A stretch of DNA of 64,000 nucleotides. It comes from Octopus sinensis. Lineage: Eukaryota. The notes beneath the pieces are model-generated. The model was given only the letters and a program-made list of their open reading frames with translations, ran no database searches and had not been told where the DNA came from. Location of the stretch: NCBI RefSeq assembly GCF_006345805.1, contig NC_042999.1, positions 117,366,001 through 117,430,000 of the forward strand, read 5' to 3'. Made by a program: the position numbers and the translations under genes. Shown piece after piece: positions 13,641-28,068 of the stretch (the first letter of the stretch is position 1; every line of letters begins with the position of its first letter).

Positions 13641-14139
13641 ATTAATGCTAACAATAATAAAATTAAACAAAAACTGGATAAGAAAAAAGATTAAACAGAT
13701 GGATTGGAATTACTAGTGTCTATATTGATCTGACGAAAATGGTTTTAAAATGCAATTATTTGAAGAATATTACAATTAGACTGTACTTTGTCCAGAATAC
13801 TGCAATTAATCTTATTCGCACCGTTTTGCTAACATGCTATTATAGATAGTCGATGAATGTGTTTAAATCGATATTTTAAGAAGGACACTGTTTAATTGCT
13901 TTGTTTTGAATTTTTCAAGTAGTATATCATCATATCTAAATGGTGGCAATGGTGGGGCTGAAGTGATGACGATGGAGATGGTAATAATGATCAGTTTTCT
14001 AATCTATTGGATCACTGGAGCAAAAAAAACAGCCAATATAGAGGAAGAGTGTCAGTCTTTTTTAGCTCATTCTCTCAGAAAATCTGAACGAAACGCTCAT
14101 TGTACTTTCTTAGAGCTGGGTTGACTGAGATATTTCAGG

Positions 14140-14437
<298 letters not shown>

Positions 14438-15268
14438 CAATGATAAATCTCAGAGCGAGTTATAAACAGTAGCGGTAACACACCGGGAGATGTTAACCAT
14501 CTTTTCTTTCGAAATTGTATAATTGATTTTTAAGTGAAGTACAAGGCTACAAAACTTAGAGACAAAAGGCGACAATCAATTACATCTATCTCTGCTTGAC
14601 AGATACGTATTTTATGCAGCACAGAATGATGAAGGGTAAAACCAGTATAGAAAAATTTGAACTTAAAACTTAAAGAAAGCCAGATAGATATCATAAGATT
14701 TCTGGTCCGACGCACGAGCCCTGCCAATTGTGTGTATCGTTTTCATTGAGGATCTTTCTCGTAGTTTACTCTTCATAGTTTCATTTATGCTTCCACAGTG
14801 ACAGACTCAGACCTGAAGGAATCTTTAAAAATTCTAAATAAAGCAATAATTGAAATTCAGATCAATTAAAAATATGCTAAAGACTCAGTGACTACATTCA
14901 ACCAACCGAACTATAACTTTCAGCAATAATTTCTCCAGAAAAATGCATCTTTCAAGTTTCATTACGGTATAGCCCCAGGTTCTTCCAGCGCATTTTGGTT
15001 TTTAAAATTACGAAGTTGTGCAATCGGTTAAGTAAATGTAAAAATAAATTGAGTTAAATCAACCTTTCCTTTCGCAATTAGACAGGCACTGAGTTAGTGC
15101 TCGGATATATAGATTTCTTAAACTGCAACATTTTAATCTTGTTATAAAATTGATGCGGATATCGGTCTGTCTGTCCATCACATCTATTATAGAGCGGGAA
15201 AGAAGGGTAGAATCAAAATATACTACGTCACAATGTATTTTTAGAAGAGGAGGAGAAAAGATGTTGTT

Positions 15269-15299
<31 letters not shown>

Positions 15300-15494
15300 T
15301 GCGCGCGCGCGTGTGTGAAAGAGAGAGTGATTGGCCGGTAGTGTTGTCATCAAAGTAATTAGAAAGTCTTGATAAAAACGCTGGAATTTAAGTGCAAGTC
15401 TGTCAACAGTACGCAACACAGTTTCAAAAAACTCTTTCATTATATGACAATATAAGCAGTCATATTTTTTAGCCTTTGTGTGTGTATTTCTTTG

Positions 15495-15690
15495 TGCGTG
15501 TACCCTTCACGTAGTTCTCAGGGAGATTCAGCGCAACACAGAGTGTGATAAAGCTGGCCCTTTGAAATACAGCTGAGTGAACTGGAGCAACGGGAAATAA
15601 AGTGTCTTGCTCAAGGACACAATGCGTCGCCGGGAATTGAACTCACGATCGTGAGTCGAATGCCCTAACAACTAAGCCCCGTGCTTTCAC
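15495..15690 (-). mobile_element. SINE family 3
   Basis: Reverse complement of 10800-11065. Confidence 0.8.
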
Positions 15691-15997
15691 ATAAAAAATT
15701 ATAATACTGAACAAAAAACGTCAGAGTTAATGCTTAGAAAATATTTATAAAATTTTTTCGTACAGTTACTGATTGATATAGAACATAATACAGCTGTTAT
15801 GTCTAGAACATACTTATTTACATATTGAAATATGAAATTATGTGTAGTTCTTGTCTGCTTCAAAAGCCATTTATCAACGGAAAGATAAAATATGGTTATC
15901 ATTGAGAACACAGAAACACGGATTCAGCACATCGCTAGTTTATCTTATGTCTTTGAAGAAATCGATACTAATAAGAGTACATACATTCATATATATA

Positions 15998-16197
15998 TAA
16001 AGTTAATCCAAACAAGAAAACACAAAAAAACACAGCAACGCGAGGACGTGGAACATATAAAGTATTATTGGACGCTCAGGAAGAAGGGAAGAAGGAGGGC
16101 TTAACGTTTCGAGCGGAGCTCTTCGTCGGAAACAAAGGAGAAGGAAAGATCCCGAGAAGGGAAGACAGAGGAAAAAAATTGCTGGCGGTGCTTACGA

Positions 16198-16204
<7 letters not shown>
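15998..16204 (-). mobile_element. Short (TA)n-associated element carrying a minimal hammerhead motif (probable PLE pLTR-derived)
   Basis: Related to 53460-53790 and 55258-55745; flanked by (TA)n. Confidence 0.6.
16099..16133 (-). ncRNA. Minimal type-I hammerhead-like motif (no stem III spacer)
   Basis: GUUU-CCGACGA-A-GAGC(UCC)GCUC-GAAAC-GUU-AAGC; core CUGANGA carries a U>C change. Confidence 0.55.
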
Positions 16205-16248
<44 letters not shown>

Positions 16249-16539
16249 ATATTAAGTTTTCAACAAGCAGAATAACACTCGATCAGCTAACAGAGTAAAG
16301 ATATTACTATAATAAAAACTACAAGTCTTGCAAAATACAGCTACCCAGGGTTCTCTGGTCGAAACATTGATTTATCTCACCATTGTTCAAGCTGAGAACA
16401 AGATTGTTTGCTGGTTGCTTTCTGAGTAGATGACGTTTGAATAAGGAACGCTGCTCATAAGGAAAAAGACATTATATTAAACAACTGTCAACGTTACATT
16501 AAGCAAATGTAAAAAGATGTAAACAGATATAAATGATTT

Positions 16540-17330
16540 ACGATGTGTCTGGTAGCCTATTATAAAATTCCGCCAAGATGTATTTCTTAAAATGTGAACA
16601 ACTAGAAACAATTTCGTTCTTGGAATTTACGTTGTTGTTGGAAAATCTCAAGGTACAGTTTTTCAAGAGAACATACTGAACATCTTTTGGACTCATTAAT
16701 ATAAGGTCTGGTTTTCGAAAGGATCTTTCATTTGTTGACGTAGATACGTCCTTCAACTTTAAGCTTTCAGATTAAAGCCGACAGTTTAGTTGAATGCCTC
16801 TTATCACGGTACCTAAAATTCGAAAGATGGGTGTTATGCCTAGAATTAAATTTCCTCCCACGGTTCCGATATAACTCTTGATTTCTGATCGACCGTTGCC
16901 ATGGTTCACCGATACCGGTGTTTCATAAATAGCGGAGTATTTATCTCATTTCTACTCCAGAGGACATTCAGATTTGTCTCTGCATGTGCACCCAAAGCAG
17001 GCTTGAGTCGTCTGTTGCTTATTGATATATGACTTAATATTAGGAGAATAAGAAAAGGTAATTTTAAACTTGTGTCTGTTAAAGATACATTAAAATCTTT
17101 AACAGTAGGACGGAATCTGGTGACACGACAATATATTTGTAAAGCGTCATAATAGTTCAACTTTAAATTTTTTTAGCGTAGTGACATTTGAATGTCATGT
17201 AGAGGTTGATAAAGTAAAGCGAATCTATTTTTCAAATAGACAGCAAATTATCGAATGATGGGGTATTTTTCATGTATAGGAAACGGAAAAGGAACACCGA
17301 AGCCATATTGTTGATACTGTATTTTACCTA
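16540..17330 (-). mobile_element. Degraded Penelope-like element, thumb/linker to GIY-YIG region
   Basis: IFNRHKFKITFSYSPNIKSYINK; KSYIGT (~16865-16873); RHNTHLSNFRYRDKRHSTKLSALI*KLK; NSKNEIVSSCSHFKKYIL; motifs parallel 28469-29206. Confidence 0.75.
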
Positions 17331-17943
17331 CTGGAATTAGCTAAGCCCATCACAAATGTTTCGCATCCCCAACCGTCTTGTTGACATATATCTATACTTA
17401 TTTGTACTTTGTAGAATAGCAGACTCAACATTTCTGTTTGCATGAGATGTCTTAGGAGTAGGTAAGAGTAGGACATGTACTGTTCTTTTCATGCTGTCCG
17501 GACAAATTTTAAGGCTTATTTCTACCGGTGCGAAAAGGATAGTCATCTTCACCTACTTGGGTTTCTTTGGCAAATACACTGAACCGCGAGACGTGTGACA
17601 ACTGAAGAAGGGGAATATTCTTGATGTTGTATGTCTCGTTTCTCTGTTTGATTTTATCGTTGTTCGAAAAAAGTTCGTTTTCTATGCTTTTCTTTTTATG
17701 CTTTCGCTTGTCATTGTGTTCAACGTTTTTTTGATGTCCTGTACCCTTATATGCATGTATATATACATATATATGTACATATATGTATGTATATATGCAT
17801 ATATTAATATATATTATATATATATTCTGTGGAGGTAAGATTAAGAAAAATACTCCGCCCAGTGAGAGTTAAATATCTTTTAATGTACATAGTATAAACA
17901 TAGATATGTTTCCAGTAGCTCGTATCTTTAAACTGTGTACATG

Positions 17944-18032
<89 letters not shown>

Positions 18033-18034
18033 CG

Positions 18035-18057
18035 CTTGTGTGGGTGTGTAAGTGTGC

Positions 18058-18091
<34 letters not shown>

Positions 18092-18114
18092 GCACACTTA
18101 CACACCCACACAAG
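18035..18114. repeat. Perfect 80-bp palindrome centred on (TA)14
   Basis: cttgtgtgggtgtgtaagtgtgcatg-(ta)14-catgcacacttacacacccacacaag. Confidence 0.9.
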
Positions 18115-18699
18115 TGCGCGCGCACGCACACATACGCACACCACACACAATGATTTGCTAAGGATAATCACTAATTCTCCATCGGACCACACCTACTGTC
18201 GTCAATAAATAAGAGACACATTAAGCTCCATAATTTTAGGTATACAAATAGTTGTATAGACCATGGGTTGAACATGTTTTATCACATGATGAAAGTACTA
18301 GTTAATGCAAGCTAGACAGGTTTCATAAGAACGTTACACGCAAACCAACGAGAAAACCTCCAGGTGGCTGGTTGACCTTATTATGTTAGTTGTACTTGCG
18401 ACGGCATTTACCCAGGGTGAATTGAAACGGCTCCAACCAACAAGTTCTCCACGTCCCTCACGAATGCTGACCACAGCCGACCATCGGTAGCAGGTGAGGT
18501 GTAGAATTCATGTTCGAAGTTTCAGTGGAAATACAAGTTCATATGTGATCCCCGGTCACCTGCGTAAACACTTTAGGATAGTGTCATCCGTAGCAGCTCA
18601 TCGTGCCGTCGATTGCCGACTGTCGCAGAGCATTCGCTGACCAAATCACCGCTGATTATCGGACGGGACGTAGCTTGAGTTTAAAATGGGTTCTAGAGA

Positions 18700-18985
18700 C
18701 ATACTTGAACAAAAGCTAAGGAATACTTCACTCCCAGTGGTCTTACATGTCGGACACCAACCCAGAATTTCTGAGGTCCCGTCCTATTACGAAGCAGTAG
18801 TTGGACCTACACTATGTTCATCCATCCTTTTGATAGGTCTTGTTTTTAGTTTTGCTGGGTTTCTAGCAATCCTTATCACCAGGCAAGCCCTGTAGGGGTA
18901 CTGGTGAAGTTGTTGACAATCCGACCATGCAACAGGTTGTACTGGATTCCATGTTACTAGTTGCATTCATAAGAGACCTCACAAA
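18700..18985 (-). mobile_element. Interspersed repeat, probably 5' region of an RTE-like LINE (copy 1)
   Basis: Reverse complement aligns with 46063-46310 (gtaacatggaatcca.tacaacctgttgc...gcttgcctggtga..a..gttgctagaa). Confidence 0.5.
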
Positions 18986-19744
18986 TGACATAACATTCGA
19001 TTGACTTGCTAAAAGTAGTAGTCAAATTCTCCAGGATTATAACCAACCGCCTTAAGTACGGAAAGAATGGACACATTTGCGTGTGCACCCTAATATAACT
19101 CGGTCACACCAGAAATGTTTCCGATGAAAGGCGTTGTCGACTTGCGCTGACCTAAAAGCCGAGCAGTTATAAAACACACAGACACACACACACACACACA
19201 CTTTCATTCAAGCACTTGCTCATGTATTTGCACAAATAATTATATGTAATAAGAGAACTGAAACTAAGTAATTGTATAATAAATGCAAATACATGGTAAT
19301 ATGAAGATCCTATATTTGTGATGGATAATTTAATTATACATATACATTAATATGTATGTATCAACTACACCTATTTTCTCAAATATAAATGGAAATAATA
19401 AGCAACACAATAGTGTTCCGTAGCGAAACGGTTACAATTCTGATTCTCAAATTCAAGTTCAAATCTCAGTAGAGCCTTATGTGAATTATCGTTTCCTTAA
19501 GTTATTAATCTGCGACCATGCTGTGGCACCGCCTTGCAGGGTTGTTAGTCGAATAAATCGATACTAGAGATTATTTAAAAAAAAAATTTGCTATTTGTTC
19601 TGTTGATCGGTGTTACCGCACCACTAATGTTACATAAACGTAATCAAACCAACAGCGGTTGTCAAGCGGTAGGGAGGGAAAACAGGAAGACATACGCGCA
19701 TATACATACATAAGCATATACGCACACACACATATTTCGCTTAG

Positions 19745-20010
19745 ACATTGCGCGTGGCTTAGTGGTTAGGATACACACATATATGCAATCATACATAGTG
19801 GTTAGTGGACTCATGATCATAAGATTGTGGTTTCGATTCCCAAACCCATCGACACGTATTCTTATGCAAAACCCTTCATTTCACGTTGCCCCAGTCTACT
19901 CAGCTGGCAAAAATGAGTTATCCTGCGACGAGCTGGGGTCCCGTCCTGGTGGCATGTCATGGAAACCGGTCCTATGACTCTATACGGTGCACGAAGGAAC
20001 TTTACTTTAC
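19745..20010 (+). mobile_element. tRNA-derived SINE (family 3-related head) with duplicated A-box
   Basis: gcgcgtggcttagtggttag...tagtggttagtggactcatgatc...ggtttcgattccc; tail ggaactttacttta. Confidence 0.6.
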
Positions 20011-20319
20011 ATTTTGCTAGACATTGAAATACTCATATCCTAGTGTTAGAACCCTGTACACATGTGCTTCAGAATGAATCGTAAGTCAAGTACAGAGAGG
20101 TAATATGAAATTTCAAAAACAAAAGAAAAAACTATTAGGTTCATAACATAATCATTTATTCCTTTGTCATCCCAAATTTCTTACGTATATAAGCACGGTG
20201 CTATAGCAGAAACCAACGCAGTGGGACTGAAACCAAGACTGCATGATTATGAAGCAAGCAGCGCGACTACACAGCTATGTCTCTCTCTCTCTATATATGT
20301 ATTTATTTTATATATATAA

Positions 20320-20685
20320 CTTAGATAACCTAGATTGACTTCGGCCATTATCGTCCCAAGTCATGACTAACTCCATAGCAGTCTTTTTATTAATTATTTC
20401 GGGACACCATGGGCGACTAAAGCAGAGAGTTGTTCTTGGTTGAAACGTATCGGAGGAATATGTCCAGACACCGTTTGAAAGTTGTGAAGTCTTTTTCTAC
20501 TTTAATTTCTTTTGGGATAACATTGAAAAGTGCAGGACCATTTGCAGTGAAGAAATGGTATCGCAATGTTCTTATGTGATGTGATCTCGACCTTTGTAGG
20601 GAACGCATTGTACGGGGGCCCAGTCTTAGGTGAATTGTAAACATAATACCAATATCATTTGGATATAATTTTTGCAAGGCCAAAA
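20320..20685 (-). mobile_element. CR1-like LINE 3' fragment
   Basis: PNDIGI.F..HLRLGPR...FFTANGPALFNVIPKEIK...FKRCLDIFL, plus short 3' UTR and ctaggttatctaagttat tail. Confidence 0.7.
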
Positions 20686-20689
20686 TTAT

Positions 20690-21800
20690 ACTGTGTGAAG
20701 AAGACATAATCAGCTAGATACACGAGCACACTCACGCTGCAGATATTTTTCGTCAAGATCTATCTGTACTTGAGGAAATGAATGAGAAAGCTATTACAAC
20801 CCAGAAAACTTCACCACGAATTATAACACAAATGTTTCGGAAAATGTCTCTACTCAACTACCGGCCATGAGCACTATAAGGCGTTCAATCAGAAGATATA
20901 CGCAAGCTATACACGCTCCGCATCCCACACCAAGAAACTTGCATGATATGGTCATTCCAGATGAATGCAAAAAAAAACGACATGCAATGAGGAAAACTTA
21001 CTTTACGATAGTGGACACAGTGAGAACCGCACACTTTTGCTTTCCACAAAGAAAATAATGCGACTCTTGCAACCTTCAAGTAATTAGTCTTGTGATGGTA
21101 CATTCAAAGTAGTATCAGAACTATTTTACCAACTCCATTTACTGATTAATCGCTAATAGAACGATTCTTTGTGTCTTTGCATTAATGCCAAATAAACGTC
21201 AAGCTGACTATGAAGAACTTTTCAGCCGACTTCGGACTATTAACTCCAGGCTCAACCCCGCTAGTATTATGATCGATTATGAACAAGCTGCCAAGAATGC
21301 AATTACCGAATTTTTTCCAAATGCAATTATCAAGCAGTTTATCGGAAGGTACAATCAGAGGGATTACAATCAAGATATCAGAGCGATGCTGATTTTGCTC
21401 TAAGCATTCACATGACACTACCCTTGGCTTTTGTGCCAGCAGACAATCTTGTAACAAGTTTTGGGCAATTATAAGAAAATTTGTGCCATGAAGCAGATCC
21501 AGTCATTGATTACTTTGAAGATACTTATATCGGTATAATACGACGGAGTAACAGAGGCAACTTACTCTTTCCTATGTGTATGTAGAACATATATGACCGA
21601 GTATGCAATAATTTACCACGAACAATTAATTCCTTGGAGGTACGGAATAACCATTTACAGGCGAACATAACGTCATGTCATCCAAATATCTGGCGTTTTC
21701 TTCAGTTACTGAAGACGGATCAAGCACTTAATGAAGCGATCATCAATCAAATGCTGGCAGGAAATCAGCCTTCACCCGAAAAGAAAAAAAATATCAAGAT
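20690..21800 (+). mobile_element. Degraded MULE/Mutator transposase
   Basis: CDGTFKVVSELFYQL, FALMPNK, IMIDYEQAAKNAITEFFPN, LAFVP, DYFEDTYIG, LPRTINSLE, HPNIWRFL; frameshifts and stops. Confidence 0.85.
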
Positions 21801-21945
21801 TTAACCAATAAAAAATGAAGTCTTAGGAATCGGTTATATTTTATATATATGGTAGATATTATGTTTAATAACACATACCACTTAATTTTTTACTAATTTA
21901 TTCAACAGGTAAGAAGTTATTACAAATTTGTGTGTGTTGCATTAA

Positions 21946-22178
21946 CGCAACGATAGGCACACCAGCCCCAGTACATGTTTCGTTAGAGCAACGATGGGCC
22001 ACATGTCCCATAATGTATTATATAGAAAATCTTAAAACATCGAAAATATGTTTATTAATTTAAATGCAATTGAAGCATTTTACACTCGTTCTTTCTATTT
22101 TTAGGAAAAATATTTGAATTAATGATAATTGAAGTAAACATTGAGGTTAGATAAGAATGACTGAGTATTTGAAATAAC

Positions 22179-22246
<68 letters not shown>

Positions 22247-24167
22247 TGATTGAAACCTTTTTGAAGATTTTACTTTGAAACAATAATTATTTATCATTGT
22301 AACATACCATTATACAATATCACAAAACAGAATATACATTCTATCCAAATATAACATTTCTCTTTTCTGTTATTACGTGATAGGCTGAGTGTGACTACTT
22401 TTGTCTCTCATTACGTAATATAAGATAATTTGCAGTACTTCTACCCCAAACTTCACGCATTAAGACTGGATTCTGTGATAATCAGAGGCACACTTGACAT
22501 GCATAACAACTTTGCATTTCCTGCACATTTATACAGTTTGACTCTTGCATTACCTACATCTTCGACAGTTTTCTGGCTCACTCTTTTGATAAATCATGAC
22601 CTATGTTGTGATATCTTTCCTCGTTGATGATACTTGATCTAGATGCAACAAGCATTTTTTATCTTATTGGATTCATGGGTGGTGTCCATACTTCTTCAAA
22701 CGATACTGTACAGTTTGACGTGTAAATGCTAGTAGATCTTCTTTATAACCGCCTTCTCTGGCAAACAACCATGCATTATTCATGCACACGTTCAATAGGT
22801 AGGACACAAGTGGGAAATACCCTTTCCCCACGAATGGCAATGTGGCACTGAGATATGTTTTGGTCTTGCCTGTCGATATCTCCCATGCTTGAGTTATATT
22901 TTCCAATTAATTATGGCATTGGTATCTAAACTTGTTTACGTTCTGTAACTGACCAGCGATGAACTTGCTTTATAGAATGCACACCACACTGATGAGACCC
23001 AACAATAACGACACCATTATCATTCCACATTACCACTAAAATGCAAGAATATTTTTCAAGAAAATGCTCCTCAGTCTCTCGTGGACTTATTTCAAACTGC
23101 TTGACCTCAATTAGAGGACACTTTTTGATCTATTACTACGAATCATGCCAGTGGAAGAATGACCTCTTCGCTGTATCTCTTCTAGAAGGTTGAACAATGT
23201 GAATAAGTTATCAAAGGAGAAAGATTTCTTTTCTGAATATTGAGATTCAAATTTATCAATTATGTTAAGCACCACTTCTCTTCCTAGGCCGTATGTGTCC
23301 TTGCAACAGCTACTCTTTGCCCTTTTACATTTCCTTGATATAAATCAATCCAGTATGAGTAACCTAATGAACTAGCTGCTACCCACCCTTTGTAACCCCA
23401 TCGGATCGGTTTGTCTCGAATAAATTGCTTTGTGGGATGGCCACAATAATATGAGATCATGGATTCATCAATAGAGACATTTCTTGGATCAAAAACCGAG
23501 CCAAACTGTATAAAGCTTTGATTTAAAAGCTCCAACAATGGTCATACCTTTGCAAACCTGTCCTAGCTATCCAGTTCATTGTTGTCTGCTGCATGAAAGT
23601 ATTTCATTATCTCCTCAAATTTGTTTCTTCGCATTGAACTAGCTACGAGCTCATTTCGAACATTAGATTCGGTTTCCCATATAAACGCCGGTGATGTAGA
23701 GTGTTGTATCCTAAGAGCAACAAAATACCAATAAAAACCTTCATCTCGTTGCTTGACAATTGGAATATATGTTTTCCTTTTTGAGCTGCAAAAAAAAACT
23801 GTACTTAGTACGGTCTTCTATGAAGAGCTCAATATTTCATGAGGTTGCCGTGGTATGTCAACAATAGAAGGCCTGTAGGGGTAACTTGTGACTTCCTCTT
23901 TTGAGGTCATATCCTCCACATTCCAGTGCCAGGTCTTTTTACGCTTACACTGACGTGGGAGTACTCGTCTGCTGAAAATTATCATCTTGTTCTGTAGGCT
24001 GTTATGGACCATCATCCGTTTGTCTCATACTAGATTCTTCAACAGCAAAATCGGCTTCACTAAGTAGCTGGTTTCTCGGCAGATTTAATGCCATACACAG
24101 CCTAGATTTACGTGCTTGCCGTTGTAATAATGCAACACCCTGTAAAGGTAGGGTGCCCATCATTGCG
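21946..24167 (-). mobile_element. Degraded piggyBac (PGBD2/3-like) transposon
   Basis: EMKVFIGILL, SMRRNKFEEIMKYFH..DN, VSIDESM..YCGHPTKQFIRDKPIRWGYKGW, SFDNLFT, NNAW; imperfect TIRs cgcaacgataggcac / gtgcccatcattgcg flanked by TTAA / TTTA. Confidence 0.85.
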
Positions 24168-26957
24168 TTTACGCATCATCAAAAAAACATTTTTCTTTAC
24201 TCTTTTATATAAACTACTTCAAGTTGGTAAAACTAATAGATATTTTAGTTGTGAGTAAAATGATCCTGTGTCATCAGGTTCAAAACATTAGAAAGCTTGA
24301 ATTAAGTATGAACTACATTATTTACTTGAATTTGTGAGAAGATATAGTGATTTAAAATTTCAGTGTATTTAGATTAAACGTTATGGTAAGTTTTCACAAT
24401 CTGGAAGAAAAGAACAGTATGCAACTGTTAGCTACGGGTGTCGACTACCTACTGAACATTTTGCATGCTCAGTCAGATGCTTCCCGACGAGAAGGAGCAG
24501 GTTTTGCATTGCGAAAACGCAACCAGGGATATATATGGGTTAAAAGAATTGCAAATATTGTGGAGGATTATGAAAATCGAGAAGTGATGGATGTTTTGAG
24601 CTCACAACTTTTTAAAAATTATTTTCCGTATTACATTATTGCGCGTGATATTGATAAATTATCTGTAAATAATATTGTTTTTATAAAATTTAATTATTTT
24701 CTTTTTTTGTTAAAGTTTTACCTCTGTTTCTACAAATAAAACATAAATGCTATTTTTTTTGTACTTTTATTTTACTGTTGAAAAAAATGAAAATTTTATG
24801 CTTTTATTGACAACTATGATAGCTAAAAGGATTTAATATAACTTAAGATTTAATATAAAAAGATGACAACTAAAAAGATTTAATATAAAAAATGGATAAT
24901 GTTATATTTATTCACAACTAAACTTTTTAACGTCTCTTAAACTTTTGCCTGTGCAAAGCATTTGCTTACAGTTGTTTTAAGCGTCCATGCTTGTTTTCAG
25001 ACTTTTAGTTAGCCTTTGTTTTATGTGTTCTGAGTAATCTAAAATTTACCTTTAATAAATCCCAAGTTACACTGGCAGTTGAAAGCACTGAGAATGTATA
25101 TCATCGACGCCAGGAAAATGTGTCCTGTATAGCACATGTGACACACAGGACAAAAAAGGGTTAAACAATATCATTATTAATGTGAAATTGCATATTAATT
25201 AATTAATACTGAGTGGAAAAATTAATATAACTAAACTATAAGCCACCTCTGACCTCTGACTCAGTGTCAACTATAACCTCAGTGGAATTAATAAACAGGT
25301 ATATGGAGTAGATTTAAACGCTTTGGTTTGGCATTCCTAGATTAGCTTATTTTAACGTAGCACAAAGTTTTCGAAAAATAGCAAACTGAGATAAAAAAAA
25401 AATAATAACTCAAAATGGATATTTTGCTTGCTGGCCGGATGTATTTTGCTTGGTTGGTAATTTAATACAATATCCAACGTTATTCTTAGCTTTATAAATT
25501 TAATTTCCCTCAAATTAGGCCTTAGCACCTCAAGTATGGAAAGGTCACATTAATGAATGTAAGTCGAATCTAACTTTGATAAAAGCGTAGGTCACGGCTA
25601 AGCCATCCTTGATCAAAGCGTACTCGATCAGGGCTGACCTGGGGTTAAACAATTACGACAGCAAAATATCACGCATACATATGTATGCATACACACATGC
25701 ATAAGCTCATATACATACACGGACACACACACACACATACACGCTCATACATAACTCAAGTGGTGTAAGAACATACAAAAGTTTAAATTTCTTGGTGTAT
25801 CTGTCAGTAGTTAGTTACATTACAAACTCCTCGTAAGCATCTAAAGCTAGAATTTCAAGGAACCAGCAAACATTATGAGCCAAGATGGGCTCGTAATGAA
25901 AACTGAAATTTTATTTCTGCAAAAAACACAGTACAGAATCTTGTATCTATGAAATGTAACACAAATAAGGCATTTACAAAACAAACATCTAAAATAAAAA
26001 TTAGAAAAATAAAATAGAAATTACAAAAATAATTCGGAGCAAAATCTAAACCATAATCTCAATATTATCCCAGCTGAAACAATAACAGGAGAAAATATGA
26101 AAAAATAACCGTAAACAGTAGAAATCTTATGATCGCAGATACAAAATCAGCATGTCGTAACTCAGTCATCACAACACAGTCTCTGTAAAAAAGCTCTCTA
26201 TGAGGGACGAAACAACGAGTTCAAAAAGCAAGCTGTATGGATCGATGAACTGGGATGTTGCCATCCTTTTGAATTAAATCAAAATAAAAATATTAATAAA
26301 GGTTTCGAAATAGTCCTAAAGAAAATTATATAGAAAATCCTCAGATAAACATCCCATAACATTAGTTTAAGAATTTCGCATTATATCGAGGGGATTTGAT
26401 AAAGCTGTACGCAAAAATCATTGGGGATATGTAGGTGTACTAAAATAGCTGTCAACTCGCATTCTAAAAAACAGCTATACTTCCCAAATTAAAAATAATC
26501 CATTAAAAGCCAACCAGAACAACGTGCATATGATGTAAATTGACTTCCTTCTTCGTGAATGAAAAGACCCATTGGTAAATGTAGTCCAAAATAACTCTAT
26601 AAAGACATAATTGTCACAGTTGGAAAATCCTTAATTGTAGGTATGCTTGGTCAGGGTTGACCTAAGACTAAACGGTACAATAATTACACACATACACACA
26701 TGCACCTGGATAAAGAACTATACATGATTAAAAAGAGACGTGAAACTAATTGTAATATAATATATATATATATATATATAATAATAAATATTAGGGAATA
26801 AATCCAAATTTACAGGGAAAAAAATCAGATTTAGGATTAAATCGATTTTATAGTAAAATATTATAAAATATTATTCGAGACAAAACCACTATTTTGCAAA
26901 ACAAACAAGGAAAGACTTAATCAATACATAAATTTTAATAAATAGTCAAAAAAACCG

Positions 26958-27000
26958 CCACTACAATCGTTTCTTGTCTTGATCGACAATCTTCAGGTGG
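26958..27000 (-). ncRNA. Minimal type-I hammerhead ribozyme (inverted copy)
   Basis: Exact reverse complement of 31256-31298. Confidence 0.85.
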
Positions 27001-27969
27001 ACTTCCAATCTAAAAAATCAATATTTTAAAAAATAAAATAATAATTTTAAAATAATTAAAGTATGAATGAAAAAATATAAGTATATAATCCATATATAAC
27101 CTATCTATAATCCATATATAATCAATATATAAACAATATATAAACTAAAAAAACTATCAACAATTAAATATAAAATATAAAATATAAAATATAAAATATA
27201 AAATATAAAACAAAACAAAAAAAATAATAATAATATAATATTAAACTATATATACACCCATACGCATATACCTAATTATATATAACCATATCTAACTACA
27301 TACACTAAATCACACACCTATATATATATCCCTATACATACACATAAAAATGTCTAGGCAACTATAAATAAATAAAATAGCTAAATACTTCAACACAATA
27401 CTTATTCATACTCCCACACACACACACATACAACCCACATTCACACTCTAGAAAATGGACATCACTCAAAACTATGAACGGAGAAATAGAATAAATGGAA
27501 TTAAAAATTATATTCACTTGGTAAAACGAACACTACTTAAAAATTATGAATGAAACAATGCAATAAAACAACAGACATCGCAAATAGACACAAATTACTA
27601 CAAATTCCTTATCAAACCTACCATGATAACCAAAACTCATAAAAACATATAATGATAAAATCTCCCTTTACTAAACTCTATAACAAACCTATATAGCAAT
27701 CCCCCTAACCTAAACATTCACACACAAATACACACACGTAAACTACACACCCACGACATATACAAATACCCACACCACTTACACATACCAATACATACAT
27801 ATAAACCTCAACATATACTCCAAAACCCACTCAACCCCACACAGACAAATAAACACAAAAATTATGAATGGATTCTTTTATAAAACTACCATGATAAGCT
27901 AAAACTCACAAAACAGAAATGATAAAACCTCCCTTTACTAAACACTAAAACATACTTATATAGCAATAT

Positions 27970-28068
27970 CTTGAAGTATATAAGAAAAAACTATATAGTT
28001 TCTTTAAAAGATATGGTTTAAGTATTACTATATATAAGGAGAATTATAATGTTAATTATTTAGATATA
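27970..28068 (+). pseudogene. Isolated PLE reverse-transcriptase fragment
   Basis: LEVYKKKLYSFFKRYGLSITIYKENYNVNYLDI matches the PLE RT K..F...GL.ITI.....VNFLD segment. Confidence 0.7.

Noticed and set aside
15150-15460. Promoter-like stretch (GA repeat, GC run, ATTGG box)
   Set aside because: No associated gene or transcript evidence; motifs are common by chance
17580-17645. gagacgtgtgacaaCTGAAGA motif
   Set aside because: Order and stems do not fit any hammerhead topology
24170-25165. Extra GGG-TTAA piggyBac-like ends at ~24537-24544 and ~25158-25164
   Set aside because: No matching partner TIRs found by eye; extent cannot be defined
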